From NCBI GenBank assembly GCA_000092065.1, contig CP000597.1: a stretch of 64,000 nucleotides of DNA; one strand, 5' to 3'. Positions 38,201 to 46,574 of the stretch are shown here, piece after piece. The number at the start of each line of letters is the position of its first letter. Positions within the stretch are counted from its first letter, which is position 1. The position numbers and the translations under genes are program-made. The notes under the pieces are model-generated. The model did no database searches, was not told where the DNA came from, and saw only the letters and a program-made list of their open reading frames with translations. Source of the DNA: Ostreococcus lucimarinus. Taxonomy: Eukaryota.

Positions 38201-39626
38201 CCTGTCTCGCTGTAGCGGGAGCCCGGAGAAAATCGTCGCCATTGAGTGGTCGCCGTTTCAAGACTACATGGTCACTCTAGGCGTCAAGCATTGCGTGTTC
38301 TGGTCACCAGATCCACTGAAAGGGCGCAAAGCTGTGTTTTCAAAGCGTGGAACGATCCAAACCTCCCTGTGCTGCGGTTTTCCTGCCGCAGATACCACAG
38401 TCGTCGGCACTCAAGATGGTTCGCTTTACTTGTTCCGAGGTTACCAGCTGGCGACCAACGCCCGCCGCGTGCACAAGGTAGCACAATCGATCGTTGCCAC
38501 ACGGGATACCTTAATTTCCGCTGGATCAGAGGGCGTGGTGAAGTTTTGGACTGCGGACTTGAGCATGCTCCTGCGCAGTGTGAACATCACCTTCCCGAGC
38601 GTCCCAGCGGTGTGCATCAAATCCATGCATTTGCTCGGGAAGATGTTGCTCCTCGGCGCACGATCTGGAGAGGTTTACGAAATGAATACCACATCATATT
38701 CATACAATTTGCTTTTCCAAGGGCACGCGTACGGCGCCATATGGGGGTTAGACACACATCCGAGCGATCACCAAATTTGCACCGTCGGTGACGATTCGAC
38801 GATTCGAATTTGGGACGTGCCTTCAAGGCGGTTGATGATGTCTCGAAATCTCGGTGCGCAAGCCCGTTCAGTGGCGTATCATCCCGACGGAACGCAGATT
38901 TCTGTTGGATTGGCCGGTGGTGGCATCATTATCTTCAGTTCGGACTCTCTGGACACCGTGCACTTGAGAAAAGACCGCGAACAACCGATTGGTGTGCTGA
39001 AATACAGCCCGAACGGCCAATACCTCGCCGTCGGTTCTGAGGAAAATACAATCGATATTTACGACATCTCCAAGCAATACCAACGCATCGGGGTGTCTAA
39101 GGGGCACAGCGCAAAGATCATGCACTTGGACTGGTCCACCGACAGCGCGTTACTGCAATCGTCGAGCGCGAATCGCGAGCTGTTGTTTTGGGAAATGCCC
39201 AACGGCGTGCAGGCGAAATTTCCACAAGACTTGCGAAACGTCGACTGGTACACGTGGACTTCAGTCATCGGATGGCCCGTGCAAGGGGTCATTCCGCAGA
39301 CGTCCGTGGGTGACGATATTACGTGTTGCGATCGCACGCACACGCGCACCGCGGTCGCCACCGGGGATGCACGAGGGGTGTTGCGAGTGTACCAATATCC
39401 TTGCCACAAGGGCGCTCAGGCTAGATGTTTCGGCGCGCACTCGGGCGCCATCACCCAGTGCAAATTCCTCTTCGACGATTCTTACCTCATCACTGTCGGT
39501 GCGGACATGACGATATGTCAATGGCGCGTCGTGTTCGGCGCCTCCACTGGTCTCGCTCTCGCCGCACCGTCGCAATCCGCGCTCGGTCTCGCGCCGCCTT
39601 CGATGGGCGCGCTCTCGTTGCGCTAA
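35211..39626 (+). CDS. Echinoderm microtubule-associated protein-like (EML) protein with two tandem HELP + WD40 tandem-beta-propeller units (1,471 aa)
   Basis: Two copies of the HELP/WD signature (LDFAYGYRGHDARGN..YNADGKIVYTTAACGVVYD....HSDDILCLAMHPDG..AATGQAGRDPVVCVWS and LECAHGYRAHDSRNNLFYTTLGDVVYPTAGLCVVYN...HTDDVTCLARHPNGLVFASGEAGRNPKIIVWS), each followed by WD repeats. Confidence 0.8.
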   Translation: MMKLFNRAKSRVGARNASDDASERPRRARGRAGARGRDGGGFADDGGGVDDDYFSDDSGLLRGRDANDEDDFARFDEHGFDNDEVLAMVRESYGRRTFAAESGVVKLASEGFLARKACGDDLHPPTAHATAFNAHNAPDNDLQLDFAYGYRGHDARGNGAYNADGKIVYTTAACGVVYDGVEHVQDFFTFHSDDILCLAMHPDGEIAATGQAGRDPVVCVWSTKTNRVLAELRGFHQRAVTSLSFDATGKFLVTVGLDDEHSIAVYDWENKKVLANSKGDTKRIFNCKYNPHDGRIVTVGEQHVKFWVMENGYLVGKNGVFGRLGKPSTVLSIAFGEDGSTFTGMQHGTIYQWADGGEECIQKFDFVHEGPVHDIFVTEDYIITGGNDGKVNFFTQYMEKVFAIDMSKVAESIIDDQGKPVCYYDGRAPCVKSLYLSDVQLLVGTSTGELYEFDLSTEDAWKRNRRIITQGHANAVDRTTMLFNAELWGLACHPSKAKFITAGDDKTVRTYDMYLRRQISVRNVASRARSCSYSPDGKLIAVGFYGGGFMVYEDKTGTEVVAKKHRRAIISDVKFSPDGRWLAVASHDFFIDIYDASSGFKRAGVCKGHSAPVTHLDWSEDSKYLQTNSQDFELLYWEIPTCELIEFSAALKDVNWATWTCIAGWPVQGIWPKHSDGTDVNSCARSSDKRTVATANEDGIVRLFRYPCDVGRGDHKTYVGHSFHITKCCFSYNDEFLITVGGEDRTILQWRHYEPDEGDEEMTSDVEEEIFTAVDDYEETNQSNALTPMVFIGHLRGIPQYVSANVLQALPSRDIPANTGLDPGSRLAFLPCASSIYAPDDYTRDSDILKAPMESVLLECAHGYRAHDSRNNLFYTTLGDVVYPTAGLCVVYNRQAHTQIFMATNPAAEQIQGHTDDVTCLARHPNGLVFASGEAGRNPKIIVWSANAVSRPITVIQGYFKKAIVSATFSRDGSQLAAVDCDFDHKIGVYNWQTGELLSRCSGSPEKIVAIEWSPFQDYMVTLGVKHCVFWSPDPLKGRKAVFSKRGTIQTSLCCGFPAADTTVVGTQDGSLYLFRGYQLATNARRVHKVAQSIVATRDTLISAGSEGVVKFWTADLSMLLRSVNITFPSVPAVCIKSMHLLGKMLLLGARSGEVYEMNTTSYSYNLLFQGHAYGAIWGLDTHPSDHQICTVGDDSTIRIWDVPSRRLMMSRNLGAQARSVAYHPDGTQISVGLAGGGIIIFSSDSLDTVHLRKDREQPIGVLKYSPNGQYLAVGSEENTIDIYDISKQYQRIGVSKGHSAKIMHLDWSTDSALLQSSSANRELLFWEMPNGVQAKFPQDLRNVDWYTWTSVIGWPVQGVIPQTSVGDDITCCDRTHTRTAVATGDARGVLRVYQYPCHKGAQARCFGAHSGAITQCKFLFDDSYLITVGADMTICQWRVVFGASTGLALAAPSQSALGLAPPSMGALSLR

Positions 39627-40039
39627 TCGCGTCGGCGCATGCACTTCGCACCGACGCTTTCCCCGCACTCATCACTTTCGCGATGAAATCGCGCAATCAT
39701 CGCGTAATCATCGTCGTCAGTTTGTTGTAATCGTATTTGTATGATTGTTTCTCCACGTTCGCCTCGTCCGACGTGCGATTCCACCGCCCAGATCGCGCGC
39801 GCGCGCGATGGTGTAGGGTTAGAGTATCACACCACACGGACCAAAACGATCCTGACCGTTTGTCTTCTCACCATCGCCGCACCTTATACCGCCGCGCGTC
39901 GCGGCGAGCGCGGCGAGCGCGATCGAAAGGCGACGAGAACGCGTGCGACTACGTACGCACTCTCGTTCCGCGCGATCGCGAACCGTTTGGTCGACCGCGT
40001 GCACGTGCAGCGGCGGCATCGTTCGCGCGCGCGCGAGCC

Positions 40040-43000
40040 ATGGCGTTCAAACCGCTGCTCGCGACGCGGGATCGTCGAGCGCTTCTGGAGGAGTGGCGAC
40101 GGAAAAATGCGAACAAGGCGGGGCGTAAGAACGCGCTCGAACGCTCGGAGGTGAATAAAAGCGAGTCGGTGACGACGCAAACGACGGCTGGGACGACGCC
40201 GGTGAAAACCGTCGTCGGCGGCGCGACGCTCGGCGTAAAGTACGACTACGCCTCAATGCGAGGGAAGGAAAATGACGGAACGAGAGGTGAAATGAACGTA
40301 GAAAATGATGGTTCGTTCGTCACACCGCGGTCGAAGACGAGCGAGGCGCGCGTGGGTACGATGGGGAATGAACGGCGAGGCGCGGGGGAACAAGCGTCGA
40401 CGAGCGAGACGACGACGCCGAGCACGGGGAAAAGGTCAACGTTCTTCTCGTTATCGGGCGCGAGAAAGTCGACTAATGGTGTTGGTGGGGCGACGACGAT
40501 CGATTTAATGCCTTCGCCTGCGGTGCGTGCGCGATTGAAGGCGGTTGAAACTGAAAAGGAGGCGCTGCAAGCGCTGGCTACCAAGTTGCGCGAATCCTCC
40601 GAAGCCGCCCTCGAAGAGGCGTACTCAAAGCGGAGTGAAGCAGAAGAACGAGCGAAATCCATGTCAGAGAGACTGCAAAAAATGGAATCCGACAGGGCGT
40701 CGCTTCAAGCCGATATGGCGGCTGTTCGCGCGCAGGCGCAGGCTCTCGCAAAGGCAAAGGAGGAGCACATGCGCGCGTTGCGCAAAGAGAAGCGTGCCGC
40801 GGAGGCGGCGGCCAAAGCGCTCGAGCAGGCGAAAGAGGACGCGAACACTGCGGTGCAAGAGCGTGAATTTACAATTGCGAATCAGGCGGCGATTTTAGAA
40901 GAGCTCGACGACGAACTCGATCGTGCGGAGCGAAGTCGAGAAAAGGCTGAACTAGTCGCCGCCGAAAAGGACAAACTTCTCAAGCAACTGCGGGCGCAGC
41001 TCGATGAGGCTAAGCACGAGCTCGAGATGGCGACCAAGCATCAGACGTCAAAGCAAAATGCTGATACGGGAGGTGTGCGCGCTAGTCAGGAAAAGTTACT
41101 GCAGCTCGCCGCGGCTCGTCAAGAGGCAGAGGCGGACGCGGCGCGCGCGCGCCAAGAGGCCAAGAGTCTCGCAGTTGAAGTCGAGGCGCGCCGTGCAGAG
41201 TTGGAGACTGTGCAATGCGAACTCGAAAAGTGCTTGCAAGAGGAACGTATGGAGCGACAGCGGGCTGAAGAGGCGTACTCGGAGGTACAGCTTGAGCGAA
41301 ATACCTTAGAAGTACTCGTTGAGAAGCGCACTTTGGAGAAGATTGCTCTGGAGGAGCGACTCGAGGCGGTTACTGAAGAGGCTGAATTTCTTCGATCAGA
41401 AATGAAAGAACGCGATGAAATGCTTCGTGAAGGTAATCAGCTTGTGGAAGCAAAGGAGACCGAGCTTGAACAAGCCGTCACGTATGTGCTACACATTCAG
41501 GAACAGCTCGAGCAAATGCAAGCATCCGGGGGCGGTGACAACACCGAGGTCGCCGAGCGAATCAAAGAGCTGCAAATAAAGCACGAGGCTTTGCGCATGG
41601 AAAAGCAGAAAATTCTCGAGGATATGCACACTGAAATTGCTGAGCGCGATGCACTGTTGTATGCGAGTAAGAAGTCGCTGGAATCGAAAGAGGCTGAGCT
41701 CGAGGCACTGCGAGCTGAGTACAGCACCAGGACGACGGAACTGGGACCACTTGAAATTGAGCTTCAAGGTTTGCGGGAAAGAGTCTATTCTTACAAATTC
41801 GAGTTGGAGGAGAAAAATGCACAACTGGCTGCGAATAATGCGCTCGTGAAACAGATGATGTCGGCCGAAAAGCGACAAACTGCGAATGTTAGACGACTCG
41901 AGTTTGGTCTCGCAGAGCGCGATGAAAAGTTGCGCAACTTCAACGAGGAGCTGAACAACTTGAAAATGGAGTCTGATCAACGAGACGAAAACATTTCCGA
42001 GCGATTGGACAGCTTAAAGCAGCGCGAAGGCGTGCTTGAGGCACTTCAACGTGCCACCGAGTTGCGATTAGAGGAGCTTCGTGAGGAACACGCCGAAGCG
42101 GTGTCAAAGCTTACTGCCGAAAAGGCACGTGCCGAGACGCGGGCCTCACAACTCGAGCAACAGATCGATCAGCTGAAGAATGAGTCTAACTCTCAAAACT
42201 TCGACGAGGTCGAGTCGCTCAAGGCTGAGCTTTCCGAGACGTGCGCCAAATTGGAAGAGTCGCAGCTCGAAATCGGACGGCTTTGTACATCTATTGCAGA
42301 ACTGGAGCACAGCGCGGAAGAATCGATGAGCACTCTGAAGGCGCAACTCGAACTGACAAAGGGTGAACTCGAAAACGCCATCTTGGAGGCGGATGAAGCG
42401 CGCGCGACGACGGAGCAAGTCGAAGCAGACAGTCTCAGCATGATGAAGGACATGCAGACGGTCAGCGAAGACTTGGAGAAGAAAATCAACGAATACAAGC
42501 AATTGGTTCGCACGCGTGATTCGGAGCTCAGAAATCTTAAGAAGGAAGTGCACCTTAAATCATTTGAGTCCGAGCGCTTGAGAGAGTCCCAAAGCACTGG
42601 TCTTAAAGCTATCGAAAAGCTCGAGACTGCGCTCAAGGCAAAGGCTGCCGAGTGCGAGCGAGCGAAGAGCGACATTGTTAAGGCGCAGAAGCAGCTCACG
42701 ATGCTCCAGCAAGAGCTCGGTTCGAGTACGAAGACGCAAAATGAATTGCAGGGAGCGTTGAACGAAATGCACCTCAGACTTTCAAAGTCTGAAGAGCAGC
42801 GAGATATGCTCGCCGGTTCGTTGGCGAGGCAAGAGGAGTATCAGGAGAGCGTCAACAAAGCTCGCGAAGAGATGCATCAAATCGCGTTGGAAGACGCTGC
42901 TGATGAAATCAGAAGCGTGCGACGAAAGTCGACTGTTCTGGCGACGGCTTTACAGCAACATGTGAGAATCAACGAGCTCGACGCAGAAGTTGCTCTGTTG

Positions 43001-43393
43001 GTTGATGAATTTGCCGAGTCGATGCAAGCGACGCCGCAGGCGGCGTTGCCGACGCCGACAATGACACTCAACGAGCCGAAGACCAAGCCAAAGACGTACC
43101 GCAAGACGCCAGCGAAACCAAAGGGAACAAATTCGAGCTTCATCACTCCTGTACGTCCTGACGCAAGCCTGAAGGAAAATATTCACAAGCTCAACGAACG
43201 CGCCGATCAAATTTCCTTCAACGATTTGGCGACGAAGCAGCCCGGTTCGGAGGCAAATGTGTACGCCACGCCAGGTGATGAAAACCAAGGCGCGCGTAAA
43301 ATCGCAGGAATAGAGGGGAAGAAAGCTTTGGCGCCTCATTCCGCGACGAAGACGCGCCCCGCGCTCGGCGCCGTCTCTCAAAATTTAGCGTAG
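40040..43393 (+). CDS. Long coiled-coil protein (about 1,117 aa), function unknown
   Basis: Near-continuous heptad E/K/L/Q-rich sequence typical of myosin-tail/SMC-like coiled coils; basic S/T-P-rich C-terminus. Start at ATG 40040 (track start 39737 is TTG through a low-complexity leader). Confidence 0.55.
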   Translation: MAFKPLLATRDRRALLEEWRRKNANKAGRKNALERSEVNKSESVTTQTTAGTTPVKTVVGGATLGVKYDYASMRGKENDGTRGEMNVENDGSFVTPRSKTSEARVGTMGNERRGAGEQASTSETTTPSTGKRSTFFSLSGARKSTNGVGGATTIDLMPSPAVRARLKAVETEKEALQALATKLRESSEAALEEAYSKRSEAEERAKSMSERLQKMESDRASLQADMAAVRAQAQALAKAKEEHMRALRKEKRAAEAAAKALEQAKEDANTAVQEREFTIANQAAILEELDDELDRAERSREKAELVAAEKDKLLKQLRAQLDEAKHELEMATKHQTSKQNADTGGVRASQEKLLQLAAARQEAEADAARARQEAKSLAVEVEARRAELETVQCELEKCLQEERMERQRAEEAYSEVQLERNTLEVLVEKRTLEKIALEERLEAVTEEAEFLRSEMKERDEMLREGNQLVEAKETELEQAVTYVLHIQEQLEQMQASGGGDNTEVAERIKELQIKHEALRMEKQKILEDMHTEIAERDALLYASKKSLESKEAELEALRAEYSTRTTELGPLEIELQGLRERVYSYKFELEEKNAQLAANNALVKQMMSAEKRQTANVRRLEFGLAERDEKLRNFNEELNNLKMESDQRDENISERLDSLKQREGVLEALQRATELRLEELREEHAEAVSKLTAEKARAETRASQLEQQIDQLKNESNSQNFDEVESLKAELSETCAKLEESQLEIGRLCTSIAELEHSAEESMSTLKAQLELTKGELENAILEADEARATTEQVEADSLSMMKDMQTVSEDLEKKINEYKQLVRTRDSELRNLKKEVHLKSFESERLRESQSTGLKAIEKLETALKAKAAECERAKSDIVKAQKQLTMLQQELGSSTKTQNELQGALNEMHLRLSKSEEQRDMLAGSLARQEEYQESVNKAREEMHQIALEDAADEIRSVRRKSTVLATALQQHVRINELDAEVALLVDEFAESMQATPQAALPTPTMTLNEPKTKPKTYRKTPAKPKGTNSSFITPVRPDASLKENIHKLNERADQISFNDLATKQPGSEANVYATPGDENQGARKIAGIEGKKALAPHSATKTRPALGAVSQNLA

Positions 43394-44237
43394 TAGAAAA
43401 TTTGCGACGGTGAGTCGTTTCATATCAAATGTTACACTTACAATACATTTCCTAAAATAATCTGCGATTGCGAGGTCGAAAATCACGCGGTCAGTCGTTG
43501 GTCACGTCCATCGTCGACATCGGCTGGACGAAAGAAAAAGGCACTTGAACTTTAAGAAGTCTAGTTTCTCATCATGCGGATCGGACGGCTCTTCCAGACA
43601 TGAATCATCATCAAGTTCAGCGGCGCCGAGATGGGATGTAATCGCCCGTTTGGCACCGCAAAGTCATTGCTCGAAAGCGAACGGCACGGCTTCCTATCAT
43701 GAAGGCGAAAATCTATGTTGGGCTCTCTTTGGACAGATCTCAATCAACGCAAAGCTCAGGGAACCGTGGCAGAGGAGCCCGTGACGAAAAAAGCTCGAAA
43801 ATGTCGGTGCAACTTAAAGACACGCAACCGAGTATTTGGAACCCAGAGCGCAACACGACGCACGCTTCGGTTGTAGCACGAGACTTGGGACGCGCCCGGC
43901 GATTAATTGACGCCGCACCGCCCGGGGTGAAGGTCTCATGCGAATTCGCGTCCGCGTCGAGCGGCGACGAATGAAATACGACGCGATGAAATGTACCAGC
44001 GAGACAGGTCAACGACGGGTACTGATTAACCCAACATTGGTTTATATCTGGCATAACCAAATATACGCGTCAAAACCCCGCGACGCGGCGAACGGACATC
44101 GCCCCGCCGACGCGAGTGGGTCTCGACGCGAGACGGAGAAAAACAAGTCGCGTCGAAATCGTACGCACCTCTCGCCGCTTCGCAACTATTAAATACACTC
44201 CACCGCGAGCGTCGACCGCGCCGCCGCTTCGCGCGCG

Positions 44238-44570
44238 CTACGTGTGCTCGAAAAATCTGGCGCTGAGCCAATTGAAGTAGACGTACGCGATCGTCCCTGG
44301 GATCAACGCCGGAACGACGCGCGAGTAATACGCGTCCCTCAGCGCCCAATCGATGACTTCTATCCCAGTTTCCAACCGTCGCGTCCCGCTCAGGTCCCCG
44401 ACCACGGACGCGGTCAAGAGTACGAACGCAACCACGGACGCGGCGCACATCGCAACGCCGCGCGCGACGGCGCTCGAGCGCTCCTCCGGTGGATTCCACG
44501 TCCAAGTCGAGCGCCCGCCGCCGAATTCGCTCGCGCGAAGACGCGGCGACGCCGACGCGCGACGGCTCAT
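44238..44570 (-). CDS. Candidate small membrane protein whose C-terminus resembles cytochrome bc1 subunit 8 (UcrQ/QCR8)
   Basis: My own reverse-complement translation gives ...GIEVIDWALRDAYYSRVVPALIPGTIAYVYFNWLSARFFEHT*, cf. UQCRQ ...[30 protein letters not shown]. The N-terminal part (presequence-like, extra hydrophobic segment) is atypical, so this may be mis-started or spliced. Confidence 0.25.
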   Translation of the reverse strand: MSRRASASPRLRASEFGGGRSTWTWNPPEERSSAVARGVAMCAASVVAFVLLTASVVGDLSGTRRLETGIEVIDWALRDAYYSRVVPALIPGTIAYVYFNWLSARFFEHT

Positions 44571-44748
44571 GAGGGCGTCGACGCGAGGCGAACCGTCATG
44601 GGTTCGACGCACGAACGCGCGCGATGGACGCGACGCGCGTGAACGGGCGCGCGCGCGTGTGACGACGCTCTCGCGCGCGACGCCGCCAAACCTACCGCTC
44701 TCGCGCTCGCTATTACGCTACGTGACGCTAATAAATACTACGCGACGC

Positions 44749-45585
44749 TCACGCGACGTCGATCGATCCCGGGAAACGAAACCTAAAATCGACGCACTCG
44801 CGACCTTCCTCCGAAGCCTTGAGCGAATACTTGCTGTCGAATCGAGCGAAAGCGTCGCACCGCGCCCAACCGCGCGGTTGCGCAAAGTCGCGAAACACGC
44901 GGCGCACGTGCTCGGCGTACTCGGCGTCGTCCGTCGCCACGCTCAGCCTGCCTCCCGGTCGCAGCGCCCTTTCGAGCAGGACGAACAGCAGAGGATTCAC
45001 CAAGCGCCTGTGCGCTTTGGATTCGCCGCGCCACGGGTCCGGAAAGTGGCACGCGACTTCGTCCAGCGAGCGCGCCGTGGCGTACGCGTCCAGCACCCAC
45101 AATCCGTCCGCTCTCGACACCTTGACGCGGTCGCCAAGGCCGCGCGCTTCGATTCCCATCAGCGCCTGCGCGACGCCCGGTCGGTGCACCTCGCATCCGA
45201 CGAAGACGTGGTCGTCGAACGCCGCCGCCGAGCTCAACAAGTTATCACCCATCCCGAATCCGACTTCGAGCGCGCGGCGTCGTCCCGCGCCGCGCGTGCC
45301 GAACAGCGCGTCGTAATCCAGCGTCGTCCACAACGCCGCGTCCGTCTCGCGCGCGCGTCGCGACGCACCGTCGTCGCTTCCCGCGTCGCCGCGTCCCTCG
45401 CGCGCGCGTCGCGCCTCGCGCGCGTCGAACGCGACGCCGTGCGCGCCGTACAGCTCTCGCAGCGCGCGCTTCTGCGCCTTGGACGCGCGCGCGCGGCGGT
45501 CGAGGTACGTCTTGTGCCACGGTCGGTCCAGCGCGCGGCCGCGCGACCGCGGCGCGAGCGACGCGTCGCCGTCGAGCGTCGCCAT
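44749..45585 (-). CDS. TRMB: tRNA (guanine-N7)-methyltransferase, TrmB/METTL1 family
   Basis: CHFPDPWRGESKAHRRLVN matches the TrmB FPDPWxKxRHxKRR motif; upstream SAM-fold motifs (EVGFGMGDNL) present. Confidence 0.75.
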   Translation of the reverse strand: MATLDGDASLAPRSRGRALDRPWHKTYLDRRARASKAQKRALRELYGAHGVAFDAREARRAREGRGDAGSDDGASRRARETDAALWTTLDYDALFGTRGAGRRRALEVGFGMGDNLLSSAAAFDDHVFVGCEVHRPGVAQALMGIEARGLGDRVKVSRADGLWVLDAYATARSLDEVACHFPDPWRGESKAHRRLVNPLLFVLLERALRPGGRLSVATDDAEYAEHVRRVFRDFAQPRGWARCDAFARFDSKYSLKASEEGRECVDFRFRFPGSIDVA

Positions 45586-46397
45586 CGAGTGACGCGCGCG
45601 GACGTCGTCGCGCGACGACGACGCGCATGCGCGACGACGGCGACGCCCGAGCGGTGGCGACGATCGCGCTCGACGCGCGCGCGGCGCGCGAGGACGACGC
45701 GCGACGGATGCGCGACGCGCGCGCGGCGAGGGACGAGGCGGCGAGGCGCGCGGCGCGCGTCGACGCGCGACGACGCGCGGCGCTCTACGAACGCGCGCTC
45801 CGAGACGCGCGTCGCGAGTTCGTCGACGATCTCCGTCGCCGGCACGCCGCGCGAATCGCGCGCGCGTCGTCGTCGCGCGCGCCGACGACGTCCGCGACGA
45901 CGTCCTCGTCGGCGCGCGTCGCCGCCGCGCCGTCGCCGTCGCCCTCGCGCGTCGACGCGACGACCGCGTCGTCGCCGAGCGCGCTCGATTTCCGTTCGTT
46001 CGCGCGTCCGGCGTCGTCGTTCGTCGCGTCGCCGTCGCCGTCGCCGCGTCCGCCGTCGCCCCTCGCGTCGCCGGACGCGCGCGACGTTCGTCTCTGGTCT
46101 CGCGTCGACGCGATGTGTCGAAGCGCCGACCGTCTGCGAGCGCGTCTCGCGTGAGCGCATCGAAACCCGTCGCGCTTCGAGCGGTCGGTCGAGGCGTCGG
46201 AATTCGGTCGTCGTCTCGAATCTAGACATTCTCGCCGCCGTTCGCGCGCGTTCGTTCGCGTTCGTCGTTCGTCGTCGTCCGCGCTGTAAAATTCAAATCT
46301 TCATGTTGTGTCCGTGTGTGAGCTGTCGCGAGTCTCACTCGATCGCCCGTCGGACGCGCGATCGTCCCGCGCGTCGCGCCACGTCGACGCGCGCGAC

Positions 46398-46532
46398 ATG
46401 CGGGACGACGACGACGACGATGCGTTCTGTGACGTCGACGCCATGATCGCGGCGCAGGACGACGCGATCGCGAGCGACGACGGGGGGTTAGATTTGAATT
46501 CGAACGCGCGCGACGATGGATTTCATTACCCG

Positions 46533-46574
<42 letters not shown>

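Noticed and set aside
44353-46446. 697-aa plus-strand ORF spanning the TrmB gene antisense and the GC-rich spacer
   Set aside because: Arg/Ala/Ser/Pro-dominated (RRRRARRRRP…) with no domains; it lies antisense to a well-supported TrmB CDS and runs through simple GC repeats. Artefact of GC-rich DNA lacking stop codons. The same applies to 45234..46229(-) and 45627..46154(+)
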